Source: Salpingoeca rosetta (lineage: Eukaryota; Protista; Choanoflagellata). Taken from it: 40,708 bases of DNA. Positions 1-30,153 of the stretch are shown here, piece after piece. How positions within the stretch are numbered: the stretch's first letter is position 1; each line of letters opens with the position of its first letter. A program made the translations under genes and the position numbers. Where the stretch lies: NCBI GenBank assembly GCA_033442325.1, contig JAWQFM010000003.1, positions 2,621,076 to 2,661,783 on the forward strand, written 5' to 3'. The notes under the pieces were generated by a model, which was given only the letters and a program-made list of their open reading frames with translations, searched no databases and was not told the DNA's origin.

Positions 1-63
<63 letters not shown>

Positions 64-160
64 TGTCTGTCTGTGTGTCTCTGTGTCTGTGTCTGTGTCC
101 CCACCCCAACACGGCCTTGCTCACTGCATGTTGTGTCTGCGCTCCACGCGTTGTTCGCAG

Positions 161-246
161 AGCGTGACGAGAAGTACCAGCATTGGAAGAAGGCCGTTGT
201 TCGCAGCTTTGGATGGGCATCAGACAGCAGCAACCCACCAAGGTAA
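161..246 (+). CDS. Probable last coding exon of glycerol kinase (FGGY family); rest of gene lies upstream of the window
   Basis: Acceptor TTCGCAG ends at 160. Exon reads (E)RDEKYQHWKKAVVRSFGWASDSSNPPR*, resembling the glycerol kinase C-terminal Y..WKKAV.+S.GW motif. The TAA overlaps a possible GTAACT donor, so the true end is uncertain. Confidence 0.62.
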
Positions 247-315
247 CTGTTGCCACGCGCGCACTTGCTGTTTGTCGAGTTTCTTCCTCCTCACTCTTCA
301 CTCACGTATACTCTG

Positions 316-351
<36 letters not shown>

Positions 352-704
352 ACACACACTCTCTCTCTCTCATCCGCAAACATACACACACGCACACACA
401 TGACTGCGCAGCCGGGGCGTGCCCGCTGATTCGTCCTCGGCAGCGGGGACCAAAGGAGGAAATGGCATCCATGCACCAACACTCATGCTTTACTTGCTCA
501 CGGCAGGCTCTCTGCTGTGGTTTGCGTCGCGCTCGTGCAAGTAACAACACCGCACACACGCACACATTCGCTCAAGGGCGAATACAAACAAGAACGCATT
601 CACACGACGCTCTGACACAGTAAACGGCCAAGCAACCCAACCAAGCACGAGAGCAAAGGGTCGATGATGATCGGGGGATGGATGGATGGATGGATGGTGG
701 CGGT

Positions 705-4055
<3,351 letters not shown>

Positions 4056-4509
4056 GGTTGGGGGGGTTGTAGCGGATCAAGTCACACGCGTGACAAGCTT
4101 GAGGCAGCGCACGAACGCAGCGGTCGCTGGAATCGGTGTTGTTGTTGCTGTGTGGCGTTGATGGCGGATGCAGCAGCAGCAGCAGCAGCAAAGGATATAA
4201 TATGGCTTCTTGCTCGCTCGAACGGTTGTTGTCGCGGCACAACTGAAACTGCCGACGAAAGAAGCAAACACAAACGTCAGCCGCAATTTATGCTGTAGTT
4301 ATTCGATCTGTCATCTTTCGTCAATTTTCTTCTTCTCGCTGCTCTCGTGTGCGTCTGCCACCACGTTTTCTTCATTCTCCTCTCACACGGCACACACCAC
4401 ACAAGCACCGCCACGATGAGGTATGCGTGCATATGGGACTGATGTGCTTCTTGCTCCCTGTTCCTGCCACTCTGCGCTTGTTCTTCATCCTCTTTCTCTT
4501 TGCGAGCTA

Positions 4510-4619
4510 GGGGTTGTGTATGTGATGTATCAAACTCAAGATTAACTTTCGTTCTACCGACGTCGGCGCGATACGCGTTGTTGAGAGACTTTCTTACTCT
4601 TCACTGATACACAAACCCC
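4510..4619 (+). ncRNA. Box C/D snoRNA, SNORD59/snR54-like guide for 18S rRNA 2'-O-methylation (human Am1031 equivalent)
   Basis: Terminal stem GGGGTTGTGTA (4510-4520) pairs with TACACAAACCCC (4608-4619). C box GTGATGT at 4522-4528, D box CTGA at 4604-4607, D' CCGA at 4557-4560. Guide TAACTTTCGTTCT (4543-4555) is complementary to conserved 18S AGAACGAAAGUUA, in the same -5 register as U59 (GACTTTCGTTCTTCTGA, from memory). Confidence 0.85.
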
Positions 4620-5022
4620 CTTGCTACCGCTCCTCTCTTTTTTCCTCCTGCGATTGTCACCAACCTTGCCTCCCGCAAATACCCCGCACACACACACACA
4701 CACACTCTCTCTCTCTTTCTCTCTCCCTCTCTCTTTCTCTCTCCCTCTCCCTATCTATGTGCACTTGCTCACGCGGTTCTGTCCCCCTTCTCGTTGGACC
4801 TACAGTTGAATCGAGTTACCTGCAGCAACCTTTCCCAAGACCATGCCAAGCCGCAGCACGCCATGAGCGCCATCGTGGCGTGGCACGCCCAACACGGGTC
4901 GCCGTCCCCCTTCAGGACCACACCTCTCGAGACAAGCAGGTGAGAACCCACAATCTTTCGCTTCCGCTCCCCCAAATGCTCCCTCATTCTTTTTCTTCGC
5001 TTTGCTTTGCGCCCTCTTACCA

Positions 5023-5140
5023 TCGTGGTTGGAGATGACGAAACCAATTAGGAAAATCCAACGCCGAGTCGCAGCACGCTGTGTTGTTGACGTGCGGATA
5101 AACAAATCGAGCTTTAACTTTAGCGAGATCCATACCACGA
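5023..5140 (+). ncRNA. Box C/D snoRNA candidate, SNORD69-like guide for an LSU rRNA helix-92 G (human Gm4494/4464 equivalent); degenerate D box
   Basis: Terminal stem TCGTGGTTGGA (5023-5033) pairs with TCCATACCACGA (5129-5140). C box ATGACGA at 5035-5041, D' CCGA at 5064-5067. Guide GGAAAATCCAACG (5051-5063) pairs with LSU CGUUGGAUUGUUC (9 contiguous Watson-Crick pairs, plus one mismatch and one GU). The D-box position reads (C)GAGA rather than CTGA. Confidence 0.62.
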
Positions 5141-5675
5141 CATTTTTTTCTCTCTGCCTGTCCCTATTGATGAAAACACCGCATACCCGCACGCACACCC
5201 CCGCTCCGCCAGCGTCATCTCACACGTGCCCTGTTCCTTCCGTGCAGAGAGATTTACCTTCCTAGCAAGTCTCTCGGAGAAGGATGCGTATCGCGTGTAC
5301 AGCATGCACAGAAGCACCATTGAGGATTTGGGATGGCCGCACATCGCACACGCTGGACACAAACATTGCCGCTGCGCTGTTCGTTTGCTTGAGACTCGTC
5401 GTCCTACTTGGCATATCTTCGCCACGTGCGTTGGCGCTATCTCCCATTTGCTAAGCTTTGGTTTCTTTCGGTTGCCACCCTTGCTCGCTACGCTCGCTGT
5501 GCGACATTCTTTGACCAACCAATACAAAGGAAGAATGGAAACTTTAATGTCCTTGTATGAATGAAATGACTGGGGAGGTCACCAACCAACAAAAAGAGGG
5601 ACGACCAACAGGCTCAACAACACTCTTTGATGAGCACAAGAAGAGGTTCAGTAGTATGATGAAAACGCAAACATC

Positions 5676-5714
<39 letters not shown>

Positions 5715-5719
5715 GGCAG

Positions 5720-20246
<14,527 letters not shown>

Positions 20247-20387
20247 CTTGAACGGGCCGTGCGATAGGCAAACAGGTCACAGGCCCAAGATGCTCGGAAC
20301 AACCGCAGTCGCGGATACAAATGCGTGTGTTCACGACGCGAGGTGCAAGCGGGGTGGATGGCGTCAACGATGTCTGCTGGTGGTGAG

Positions 20388-20440
<53 letters not shown>

Positions 20441-20744
20441 GCCAAACGATGGGATGGGACGAAATGGAATGAGAACGGGATTGGGGACGAAGGAGGCATG
20501 AAACGTGTGTGCCGTTGCTTGTTGGGAACAGGAGGGTGTTGTTCTTTGGGGACGCCGACAGAGGCGGGGGGGGGGTTGCTTGTGGATGGATGTGGTGTGA
20601 CATGAACAAAACACCACAAGAAGAAAAGCAGGCAGAAGACCAAGAACAAGAAAAGATATCGCAGATAAAAGCAACAAACAAGCAGGATGGTGGTGGTGGT
20701 GGTGCCTTGGTGTGGATGGGTGATGTGCAAGATGGTTAACACTT

Positions 20745-20838
<94 letters not shown>

Positions 20839-21467
20839 TGGTGGGTAGCAACAGCGAGGAAGCGACACAGCACAGCAGCACAAGGTGCGTGTGTGATGTG
20901 ATCACCACATGAGTGTGTGTGTGTCTCTCTCTCTCTTTCCCCTTCACTGCACTCCTTTCTCTCCTCCACGCGGTCCCTCCAACCAACCAACCTCACTTGC
21001 TTCTTGTTGGCGTGCTTGGTTTGGTGGGGAGTGGGGTTCGAACAGCTGCGGGTGCGAGCGATAGAGGTGCGAGATGGAGGTGCGATGACACACACACACG
21101 CACACAAACAACGAAGGTGGTTGCTTTTCTCTCTTCTTCTTCTTCTTGCAGCAAGAACAAGGAAAAACGACGACATCGAACAAAAGCAGCAAGAAGAAGA
21201 GGCAAAAACAAAACAAACAAGACTGATCGACAGCAGCGGTCCTGCTTCAAACGAGTTGTACAAATTGAGTCATTCGTTCGATTTTAGGCTTTGCACCAAA
21301 ATGGGTAAATTGTGCATTTATACAAGCCACACACAGTCACACCGTCGCGGAGTGCCAGGCAGTCGCATCCACATCAACCACATCCACCACATCAACCACA
21401 TCCACTCGCATCAACCCATACCACTCACAATCCCATCCATCATCCACCCACCAGCACCACCAGTGCG

Positions 21468-22095
21468 ATGGAGGTGAACAAGCTGGAGGATGGGTCGCTG
21501 GCGCGGGCGTTGAGCTGGGACGAGCTGAGGACGTTGATTGAGGAACAGCGGGTGGAGGTGCTGGGCAGATCGACGCCGGAGCTGGCGCGGTACCGCGCTT
21601 GGCGAAAGGCGCTGACAAAGTGCTACAAGTCACCCACAGACCACCTGGCAAACGTGGTGTTTGGATACCCCGTGCACGCGGACGCGGAGACGGGGCTGTT
21701 TGAGGTGGTGGTGCCGGACCCCGCCAAGCGCAGGCGGCGGTACATCTTGCGTGACAACGACTTTCCATACAACGTGGAGGACGGCATCCGCCACTCCGTG
21801 CTATGGGCAGAGAGCGGGGACCTCACCGACGCCATCATCCAAGAGCAGCTGGCCACGCTGCTGCTTGGCTGCCCATACCTCTACTTTATCAATCCGCCGG
21901 CCTTGCAGTCTGTTCCACGCTTCAAGCACTGCCACGTCTTCTGGAAGGAGCGCACACAGCACAATCCGCTTGTGCTGGAGGTGTGCGTGGACTCGGTTGC
22001 TTCCGCTGCTCAAGCACAACAAGGAGGTGTGTCATGTAATTCTGTGTGTTGTGTGTGTGTGGCTATGTGGGTGGGTGGGGGTGTGTACAATGTAA

Positions 22096-22147
<52 letters not shown>

Positions 22148-23162
22148 CCTGGTCGTTTCGCTGAGAGGTTTCATCATCGCTCACCACCCTCAAACCCAAC
22201 ATTACCTCACACACACACACAAACTCGCGCGCGTGCGTTCCGACACATTCAGGGGCAGATCGGTTGGAGCTGTGCTGTGCGCTATCAGAGGGCGGCTTGA
22301 CACCAACAGTGGGCCTGGCCAAAGCCGTGGTCTGCGCCGTCTCCATTCCCGTACGTGTGAACGCATGTGTGTGTTTGTGAATGTGTGTGGGTGGGGGTGT
22401 GCAATCGACGGTGGAGTGTACGCGAGGCATGCGATGGGGGTTGAGAGAAAAGACCATCATGCTACATGCGCTCGCACTCACAGGCACGTGCACGCTCACG
22501 CACACTCTTACACTCTTACACATACACACACGCAATTACACACACACGCGCATGTCAAGGTGTTTGCGCTGGTTCGGCCAAGGGCGGGCGATTTTCTGTT
22601 CAGCGAGGCCGAAGTGCAAATCATGGTGGACGACATTGAGGCGCTACGCGCGTGTGGGATTCAAGGGTTTGTGATTGGCGCGCTGAACGCAGACGGTGAC
22701 GTGGACACGGCAGCGATGAAGAAGCTGCTGGCCGCGTGCGGACCGCTGCCCGTCACCTTCCACCGCGCGTTTGACATGGTGCGGGACATGCGGGCTGCGC
22801 TGGCGACGCTTGGCACGGCCTTTGGCGCGAATCGCGTGCAGCGCGTGCTGACGAGTGGCGGGCGGGCGACGGCACTGGAAGGTGCGCCCGTGATCTGCAG
22901 CCTGGCTGCCACGGCCCGCGAGCACGGCATCACGCTCATGGCTGGCGGCGGCGTCTCCGAACACAACGCGCAGCGGATAGCAAGCGAGGCCGGCGTGGTG
23001 GAGGTGCACTGCAGCGCGCGTGCCAGCGTGGACAGCGCTATGGGCTTTCGCAACACTGCCGTGCACATGGGTGCTGGTCTCTTCCCGCCAGAGTTTTCCC
23101 ATAAACGCGCTTCTGCCCCGCGCGTGCAAGCCATCAAGCACGCCCTCTCTGCCGCTGAGTGA
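21468..23162 (+). CDS. Fusion protein: N-terminal DUF3605 (GIG1/HTC1-like, HIT-related) plus C-terminal CutC TIM barrel; 3 exons
   Basis: Exons 21468-22026, 22253-22350, 22560-23162. DUF3605 motifs NDFPYNVEDGIRHSVLW and FINPPALQSVPRFKHCHVF. CutC motifs LEVCVDS, GADRLELC, EGGLTP, RPRAGDF, TFHRAFD, RVLTSGG. Confidence 0.9.
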
Positions 23163-23379
23163 CGTGGGGAATGGTTGGAGATTGAGGGAACGATTGGAGG
23201 GAATGCGAGAGGGAAGCAGGGATGCATGGTGATAGTGATGGATGGTGATGGATGGTGGTGATGGATGGTGATGGATGGTGATCCTTGCGGCTGTGGGTGC
23301 ACCTGGTTAATCGACATCATAAACAGTAGTCCACGTCCAACGAACAAACAAAAACAAGCAAAGGCAACAAGAAGCGACG

Positions 23380-23835
23380 ATGAGCAGCACGACGACCGAC
23401 TCGTTCTCGGAAGGGTTGCTGAACGAGGACCAGGAGACGCTCAGCTATGTGCCGAGCTGTGACCTGGCGCAAACAGTGTCCCTCACCATGTACGTGGCAA
23501 CAAGGGGGCTCAGCGTGGTGCTGTTGCTCGAGTGTAGACGAATCTCTTTTGACAATGCATTGGGCTCTTGTCATGATGACGGGGGTGTTTTGTTCACGTT
23601 CAATCTACACGAGTTTGTGCTGTCTTGTGTCCACCAAAGACTTGGATGGACCTTGTATATTGCTTGCTGACGTCAGCCACACCATCTCACGCACGCACCT
23701 GAAAACGCTGTGCGTGCTCGCCACTTTCCGCATGCGACCCACACTCAGACACAGCTTGCAGGGCGGCCAGAACGACAATGAGCCCATGATGGACGATGAG
23801 TACCTCTTCTACGCACTGCAGCGAAGCGGCATTCC

Positions 23836-23892
<57 letters not shown>

Positions 23893-25740
23893 GGTAGTAC
23901 AACTGCCGGCTTTCCCGGGTGGGCGATGCAACGCTGCACATGCGTGCCCGAGTTCTCACCAATCATGACGCTGATATGCGTCCGATGTTTGTCTGCTTTC
24001 AATGGCATTGCGCAGAGGTGTCCGTGGAGTGCATGCTGACATCCGGCAGCCACACGCTCGGCTTTCCACGCGAGACTTCGTACTGCCCTTCATCTTCGCA
24101 CCCGACATGGACCGGTTCGTTGTGCATCTGCATAGCTGGACATGCTAGTGCGTGTGCGAGGATGGCTGGTGGCGGCCATCGGTATGATGTTGCGTGCACA
24201 CACCTTGCTTCCTCTCTTCCGCTTTGGGCGACACAACAACAAACCATTGTTCCTCTGGCTTGATGGCTTGCGTCATGATATGGTATGTGTGCAGAGGACA
24301 TTCAGCTGCCGCTCCTGTACAGCGATCTTCCTCGCAACACGTGCTTGGACTTTTCCATCTGGGACACGCGCGGGCCAGCCATGGTGCTTACTTGTTTGCG
24401 CCAGCCATTGTGCTTGTTTGTTTGCTCCCAGGTGTCTGTGTTTGTGGTTGTGTATGTATCTGTGCATGTGTGTGTGTGTATGTCTGTGTATGTCTGTGTA
24501 TGTCTGTGTCTGTGTGTGTGTGTCTGTGTCTGTCGCATGTCGCTTCCATCAGATGAACACACGCAAACGCACTTCTCACCACGCGTCGCTCATGTGGTGT
24601 TTTAAACAGCGGAAGAAAGTGGGCACCGCGTCTCTGCCCATCTTTGACGAGTGCGGAACACTGCGCACCGGAAGACAATACGTCGAGGTGTGTGTGGGGG
24701 GGGGACGGGTGCGGGAAGGGCTTTCAATTTGTGTCGATGTGTATCAAGTCTGCCACGCGTCTGTGATTTGTGTGCGCGCTCACCGAGCGTCACTGTTGTG
24801 GCTGCTCCCTAAACGTCATGCGCCCCCTTCTCGTCATCGTCCGTGCCAACCACTGCACCGCCCGTGCCTCGTCTCTTATGCACTCGTTCCATCGCAGGTC
24901 AAGCAGCCCGACACCCCACCAGCCGCCAAGTCTGTCCGCAAAGACGTGCAGAAAGTGCAGCAGGTGAGTTTACATCACGACAACGCTCTGTCCCTGCAGT
25001 ATCTTGTGATACACTCTGTCCACACGCAAAACACACGTGAATACCTTTGCAACACCTCCCACCGTGCACACGAATATTCAACCATCCTCACATCTGCACG
25101 CCTCCTTTGTGTTTGTGTGTCTGTGCCTGTGTCTGTGTCTGTGTCTGTGTGTGTGCCTATGTGTGTGTGTCTATGTGTATACACACACAGCTGATTTCAC
25201 AGTACAATGCGGGGCGGATGCTGCATGTTGAGTGGCTTGACGAGCTCACAAACAGCCGGCTCGCCAGCGAAATCGAGGTGGGTGGTGCACATGTGTTCCT
25301 TTGGTGGTGGAGACGTTGCGTTTTGGCCTCACGCTGATGGTGTGCGCAGTGCAGTGCAGTGCAGTGCACGCACGAATGCGACAAGCGCGCATATGGTCAC
25401 TTGTTTATTTGTTCTCGCGTCCACACGCCGACATCAATGCATTCATTCCCCCCACCCTCAATACCTCGCCCCCCCCCCCTATGCCATCACTCGCCAACCA
25501 CCAGGACCTGCTTGCCGCGTCGACGGTGTCATATCTTGTGGTGGACCTACCCCGTTTCCCCTCAGATGTCCTCTTCTGCGAAGACAGACTCGATACTGTC
25601 GAGCACATGAGTGAGTGGTGGCAGCAGTTGGCGTTGGTGGTGATCGTGATGTGGTTGTGCTGGTTTTGAATTGTTGCAAGTGGCCTCCGTGAATTAACCT
25701 GCACGCTTTTCTTCGAATAGCTGGCACTCACAAAAACCAC

Positions 25741-25824
<84 letters not shown>

Positions 25825-26412
25825 CCCCTGTCCCTCCTGCCCACCAGAGATGCTGCGGGAGAACGAGGACCCTGAGATGATGTTCACGGAGAATCTTGTC
25901 GAGGTGAAGCACCACCAGCAGATGCGCAGCCGCCGTCGCGGTTTCCTCGACCGCGATCTCAAGCCAACGCCCTCCACCCGGTCTGATGTTGGTGGTGGTG
26001 GTGGTGGTGGTGGTGGTGGTGGTGGTTGGGGGGGGGACGGACTCATGCTAACTGGTTTGGACTGGTGTGGGTGCTGTTGGAGTGACTTGAAATGGTCTGT
26101 GGTGATTGAGTTGCGAGTGGGTTGCTTGACTTGCTGATTGGCTTTGTGTGCGCGCAAGCGCGTTGGGGGTTGATGTTTGAAGCAAAGCCGTCTGTCTCAC
26201 GCTTCGCGTCCTCTCCGCCTCACATCTGCGCACGTGTGTTTGCGGCCGCCAGGGACAAGCTTGCCGAAATCATTCGCAAATCTGTGACGGAACCGCTTGT
26301 GCTGGAGGAGAAGGATCTGCTCTGGTGCGCATCGACATGCAGCTGCTTGCGCTCTTGTGCTTGTGCTCGCGCGATTGTGGAAGTAATTCGCAGGGCTGTG
26401 ACATGTGTTTGG

Positions 26413-26460
<48 letters not shown>

Positions 26461-27763
26461 GCGGTACCGCTTCTATCTCTCCCGAAATGCGCACGCGCTT
26501 CCAAAAGTTCTTCGCGCCGTCGACTGGTCCTCCCCAGTATGTTTGCACCGCTCTTACTGTCGTGCTGGCATGGGTGCAAGCGTGTGCCAATCTGGCCGTC
26601 TGTCCGTCCATCTTCCGCAGTTGTGGCACCGCCCTTACCTTCTTTTTTTTTTCCTATCCCCACCCATCACGCACACGCGCACGCACACACACACACACAC
26701 CAACTCCACCTCCACCTCGACCTCCTTGCATGACCACAGGCCGAGGCGAAGCAGGCGCAGGAGACGCTCGAGGCGTGGGAGCCGATTGACACGCACACGG
26801 CGCTCGGGCTGCTCGGGAAGGACTTTGAGCACCCTGTGGTCCGCAGTTACGCCGTCAAGCGGCTGGCTGAGGTGATGTTGCTTGCATGCATGCATGAAGG
26901 GAGGGAGGTTTGGGTACCGAGTTGAGATGAACAAATTGCCATGTTGGGCGCGCTGCTGTTGTCGCGTTTCGACCATTCCGCGTTTCATGAGTATTCACAC
27001 AACACGCATACTTCCACACGCACACACACACACACCTCCCTTCCCTCCTTGCTTCCTGTGGGTGTGGGCAGGCGGACGATGAGGAGCTGTCGCTGTATCT
27101 GCTGCAGCTGGTGCAGGCGCTCAAGTACGAGCCGTGGTCCCTGTCCCGCTCAGTCGACGGCACAACAACACACGCGCACGACGATGACGACGATGTCGAT
27201 GATGACGCCCACCGCCAGCCAGTTCACCAGGGTGCGGCGTGGTTGTGTGTTTGATGTGTGTGGTGTGTGTGGGAGGGGTGTGTGTGTGGGGGGGTGTGTA
27301 TGTGTGTGTGTCGTACTTCTTTGCTAGATTCCATTTTTCCGCTCGCTCACTGGCCGTTCTGACTGCATTTCTGTCGTTCGCCAGCTATGGGCGTTTCGTG
27401 GGCACCAGGCCGTAAGTTTCGGTTTCCTGTGATGAGTGATCCTTGCAATGAAACGCCCGTTCCAACATCACACGTACATGCATGATTCCATTCACACGCA
27501 CGTGCGCGCACATGTGTGGAAGCACGCACACGCACGCACACACACACACACACTCTCTCTCTCTCTCACGCGTCCTCCTCGCTTCGCGTGTATCGCCAGA
27601 GATGCAACGGCTTGCTAAGCAACAGTCCGCCCGCGCAAAACCGCAGAACCAGCTCCGCTCGCTCCTCTTCGAACGCGCAAGAGAGAACCCAGAGTTTGGT
27701 GCGTACATGTGGTTGTGTGTGTGTGTGTGTGCGTGTGCTCGTGTGTGTGTGTGTGTGCGTGTG

Positions 27764-27799
<36 letters not shown>

Positions 27800-28364
27800 A
27801 TGCACGCACATGAGCTTGGCTCGCGCACCCTGTTCTCTGACTTGCATCTCTTCCTTCCTCTGAAACCCCTTCCCCACTAAACCCTCCGCATCACGCACCT
27901 GTCGGCCTTCTGCAGCACAAACACTGTATTGGTATCTGCACGTCGAAGAGCACGATCGCGAGCGCCAGGTCGAACACGCAGACTTCTACGGCCAAATCCG
28001 CAAGCAGCTCATGGCGTACGTCATCACTGTTATCGCTGTCGTCGTGGTTGCCGTGTGTGTGGGGGGGGGGTCTGTGTGTCTGTGTGTCTGTGTGTCTGTG
28101 TGTCTGTGTGTCTGTGTGTCTATGCGTGTGCTCATGTGAGTATTGACACAGCCAAGGCCCAACCATACGTGCTCGCCACCAACCCTTACACCTCCACGGA
28201 CCACACCCATGTATGTGTGTGCGTGTCTCTCTCTCTATCTCTCTCTCTCTCGACAGGATGCTAAATGGTGGTGGCCCTCGCCAGCGCGAAATTGAACGCG
28301 CCATCAACGCATCCGCACGATTTGTCAAACGTAGGAGATGAGCTGGGTTGCTCTTGTTCTCCTG

Positions 28365-28448
<84 letters not shown>

Positions 28449-28633
28449 TTCCTGACCTGATTGGCGTGCCGGCTCGACCAGCTGTCCTCGTAGAGGCGAC
28501 AAACACGCACCACGCACACACGCTCGTGTGTCCTCACATGCCCATGCACCCCTGGCTATTGGCTGCTGAAGAACTGTGTTCGCTTTCAACAGAGATTGCG
28601 GACATGGAAGGCAACCGCCCGCGCAAGGTTCGT

Positions 28634-28690
<57 letters not shown>

Positions 28691-29610
28691 GTGTGTGTGT
28701 TTGTTTGTTTGTGTGTGTGTTTGTTTGTTTGTGTGTGTGTCTGTAATTTGTCAAAGTACTCAGTCTCTATTCTTCCTCACGAGCGCTGGATCGCCCCATC
28801 CACCTCCCCCTATGGCATGCCGCAGGTTGCCAAGCTGCGGGAGATGATTGAGCAGTCACCACAATTCCAGAACATCAACGCTCCACTTCCCATGGACCCT
28901 GGTCTGTCTTCCTTGGCCATTTGCCAGCTGCGTTGAGGGAGCCTCATGCTGTATGGTGTGGTGTGATGTCCGTGCGTGTGCATGTGTGTTTGTGTACATG
29001 GTCACGCTTTGCCCCATGTGTGTTTGTGTACATGGTCACGCTTTGCCCCGTCTTTGCTTGTCGCTCGCCATCTCATATGCAAGGCCCCTCCTCACCTGCT
29101 GTTGCATTGCATGATGTTATTGCACCATGTTTTGTGCAGGCGTGATTGTCAAGTCCATTCGCCATGATGATGCGCACATCTTCAAGGTCCTGACGCAATG
29201 TGCTGCTTGCACTTAAGTGCACTCACGTTCACAGACAATGGCGATGGCTGAAAGTTTGTTGTCCCTTTGCGGTACACACAGATGCGGTTCACACCACAGC
29301 ATAGCACCCGCTGTGCCTTTTTCCTGCTGTACACTTACCCATCACACGCGCACACGCACACGCGCACGCACACGCGCACATGCACACACTGATTGCCACG
29401 GTGTGTGTTCAATTGCGTGCAGTCTGCGCTGAAGCCGCTTGGGCTGACGCTGGAGACGAACAAGGGCGAATACGGCATCATCTTCAAGAATGGCGATGAT
29501 CTACGACAGGTGCGAGAGGAGGGATGTGAGGAGAGGCTGCGGGCAGCGCTGTTGTCTGTGTGGTGCATTTGCTTGGTTTGCTGGTTGAGCGGCTGTCTGT
29601 GTACGATGCG

Positions 29611-29687
<77 letters not shown>

Positions 29688-30085
29688 CTGCACTGTCGTG
29701 GTTCTACGGTCACGCATGCTCACCCACGCTCACGTGTGTAATTCGTTCTCCCACACCCTCGTTCGCACATTCATCCACTCCTTCAACTGCACGTCTTTTT
29801 CTCCCCCCTTCTCCTCGACTTCACGTGCAACTCTGTGCAGGATCAACTGGTGCTGCAGGTCATTACGCTCATGGACCGGCTGTTGAAGAAGGAGAACCTG
29901 GACCTGAAGCTGACACCGTACCGGTGTCTGGCGGTGACACCTGTCTTTGGAATGCTGCAGCGCATTCCATCGGAGGCAATGGCGCGCGTGCTTGCGGAAT
30001 ATGGCGCCAACCCCATCCAGTCCTTCTTCAAGAAGAAATATGCGGACGACGACGCGCCGTATGGCCTCAACAAGGTCTCGGTCGC

Positions 30086-30153
<68 letters not shown>

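Larger units (their letters stand above)
4310..5560 (+). ncRNA. Putative non-coding snoRNA host transcript (3 exons, ends approximate), divergent from PSMC1
   Basis: Donor GAG|GTATGC at 4421, acceptor CTACAG at 4805, donor CAG|GTGAGA at 4940, acceptor CGTGCAG at 5247. Spliced ORFs seen are tiny (ATG AG|T TGA = M-S-stop; a 30-aa ORF from 4863). Each intron holds a C/D snoRNA-like element. Confidence 0.6.

Noticed and set aside
5108-5118. CGAGCTTTAAC as a functional U36/snR47-type 18S guide
   Set aside because: Two U short of the complement to GUUAAAAAGCUCG and wrongly spaced from box D; noted only as a possible relic.
4863-5265. 30-aa spliced ORF MSAIVAWHAQHG...DLPS in the host transcript
   Set aside because: No recognisable homology and preceded by upstream ATGs with early stops; treated as non-coding, though a micropeptide is not excluded.
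5656-5662. Perfect C box ATGATGA, possible third snoRNA
   Set aside because: No D box, terminal stem or rRNA complement nearby; lies antisense to the HECTD1 3' UTR.
21312-23162. 616-aa uninterrupted ORF
   Set aside because: Reads through two introns by chance. The CutC motifs GADRLELC and GGLTP are in another frame and need splicing; the likely start is 21468.
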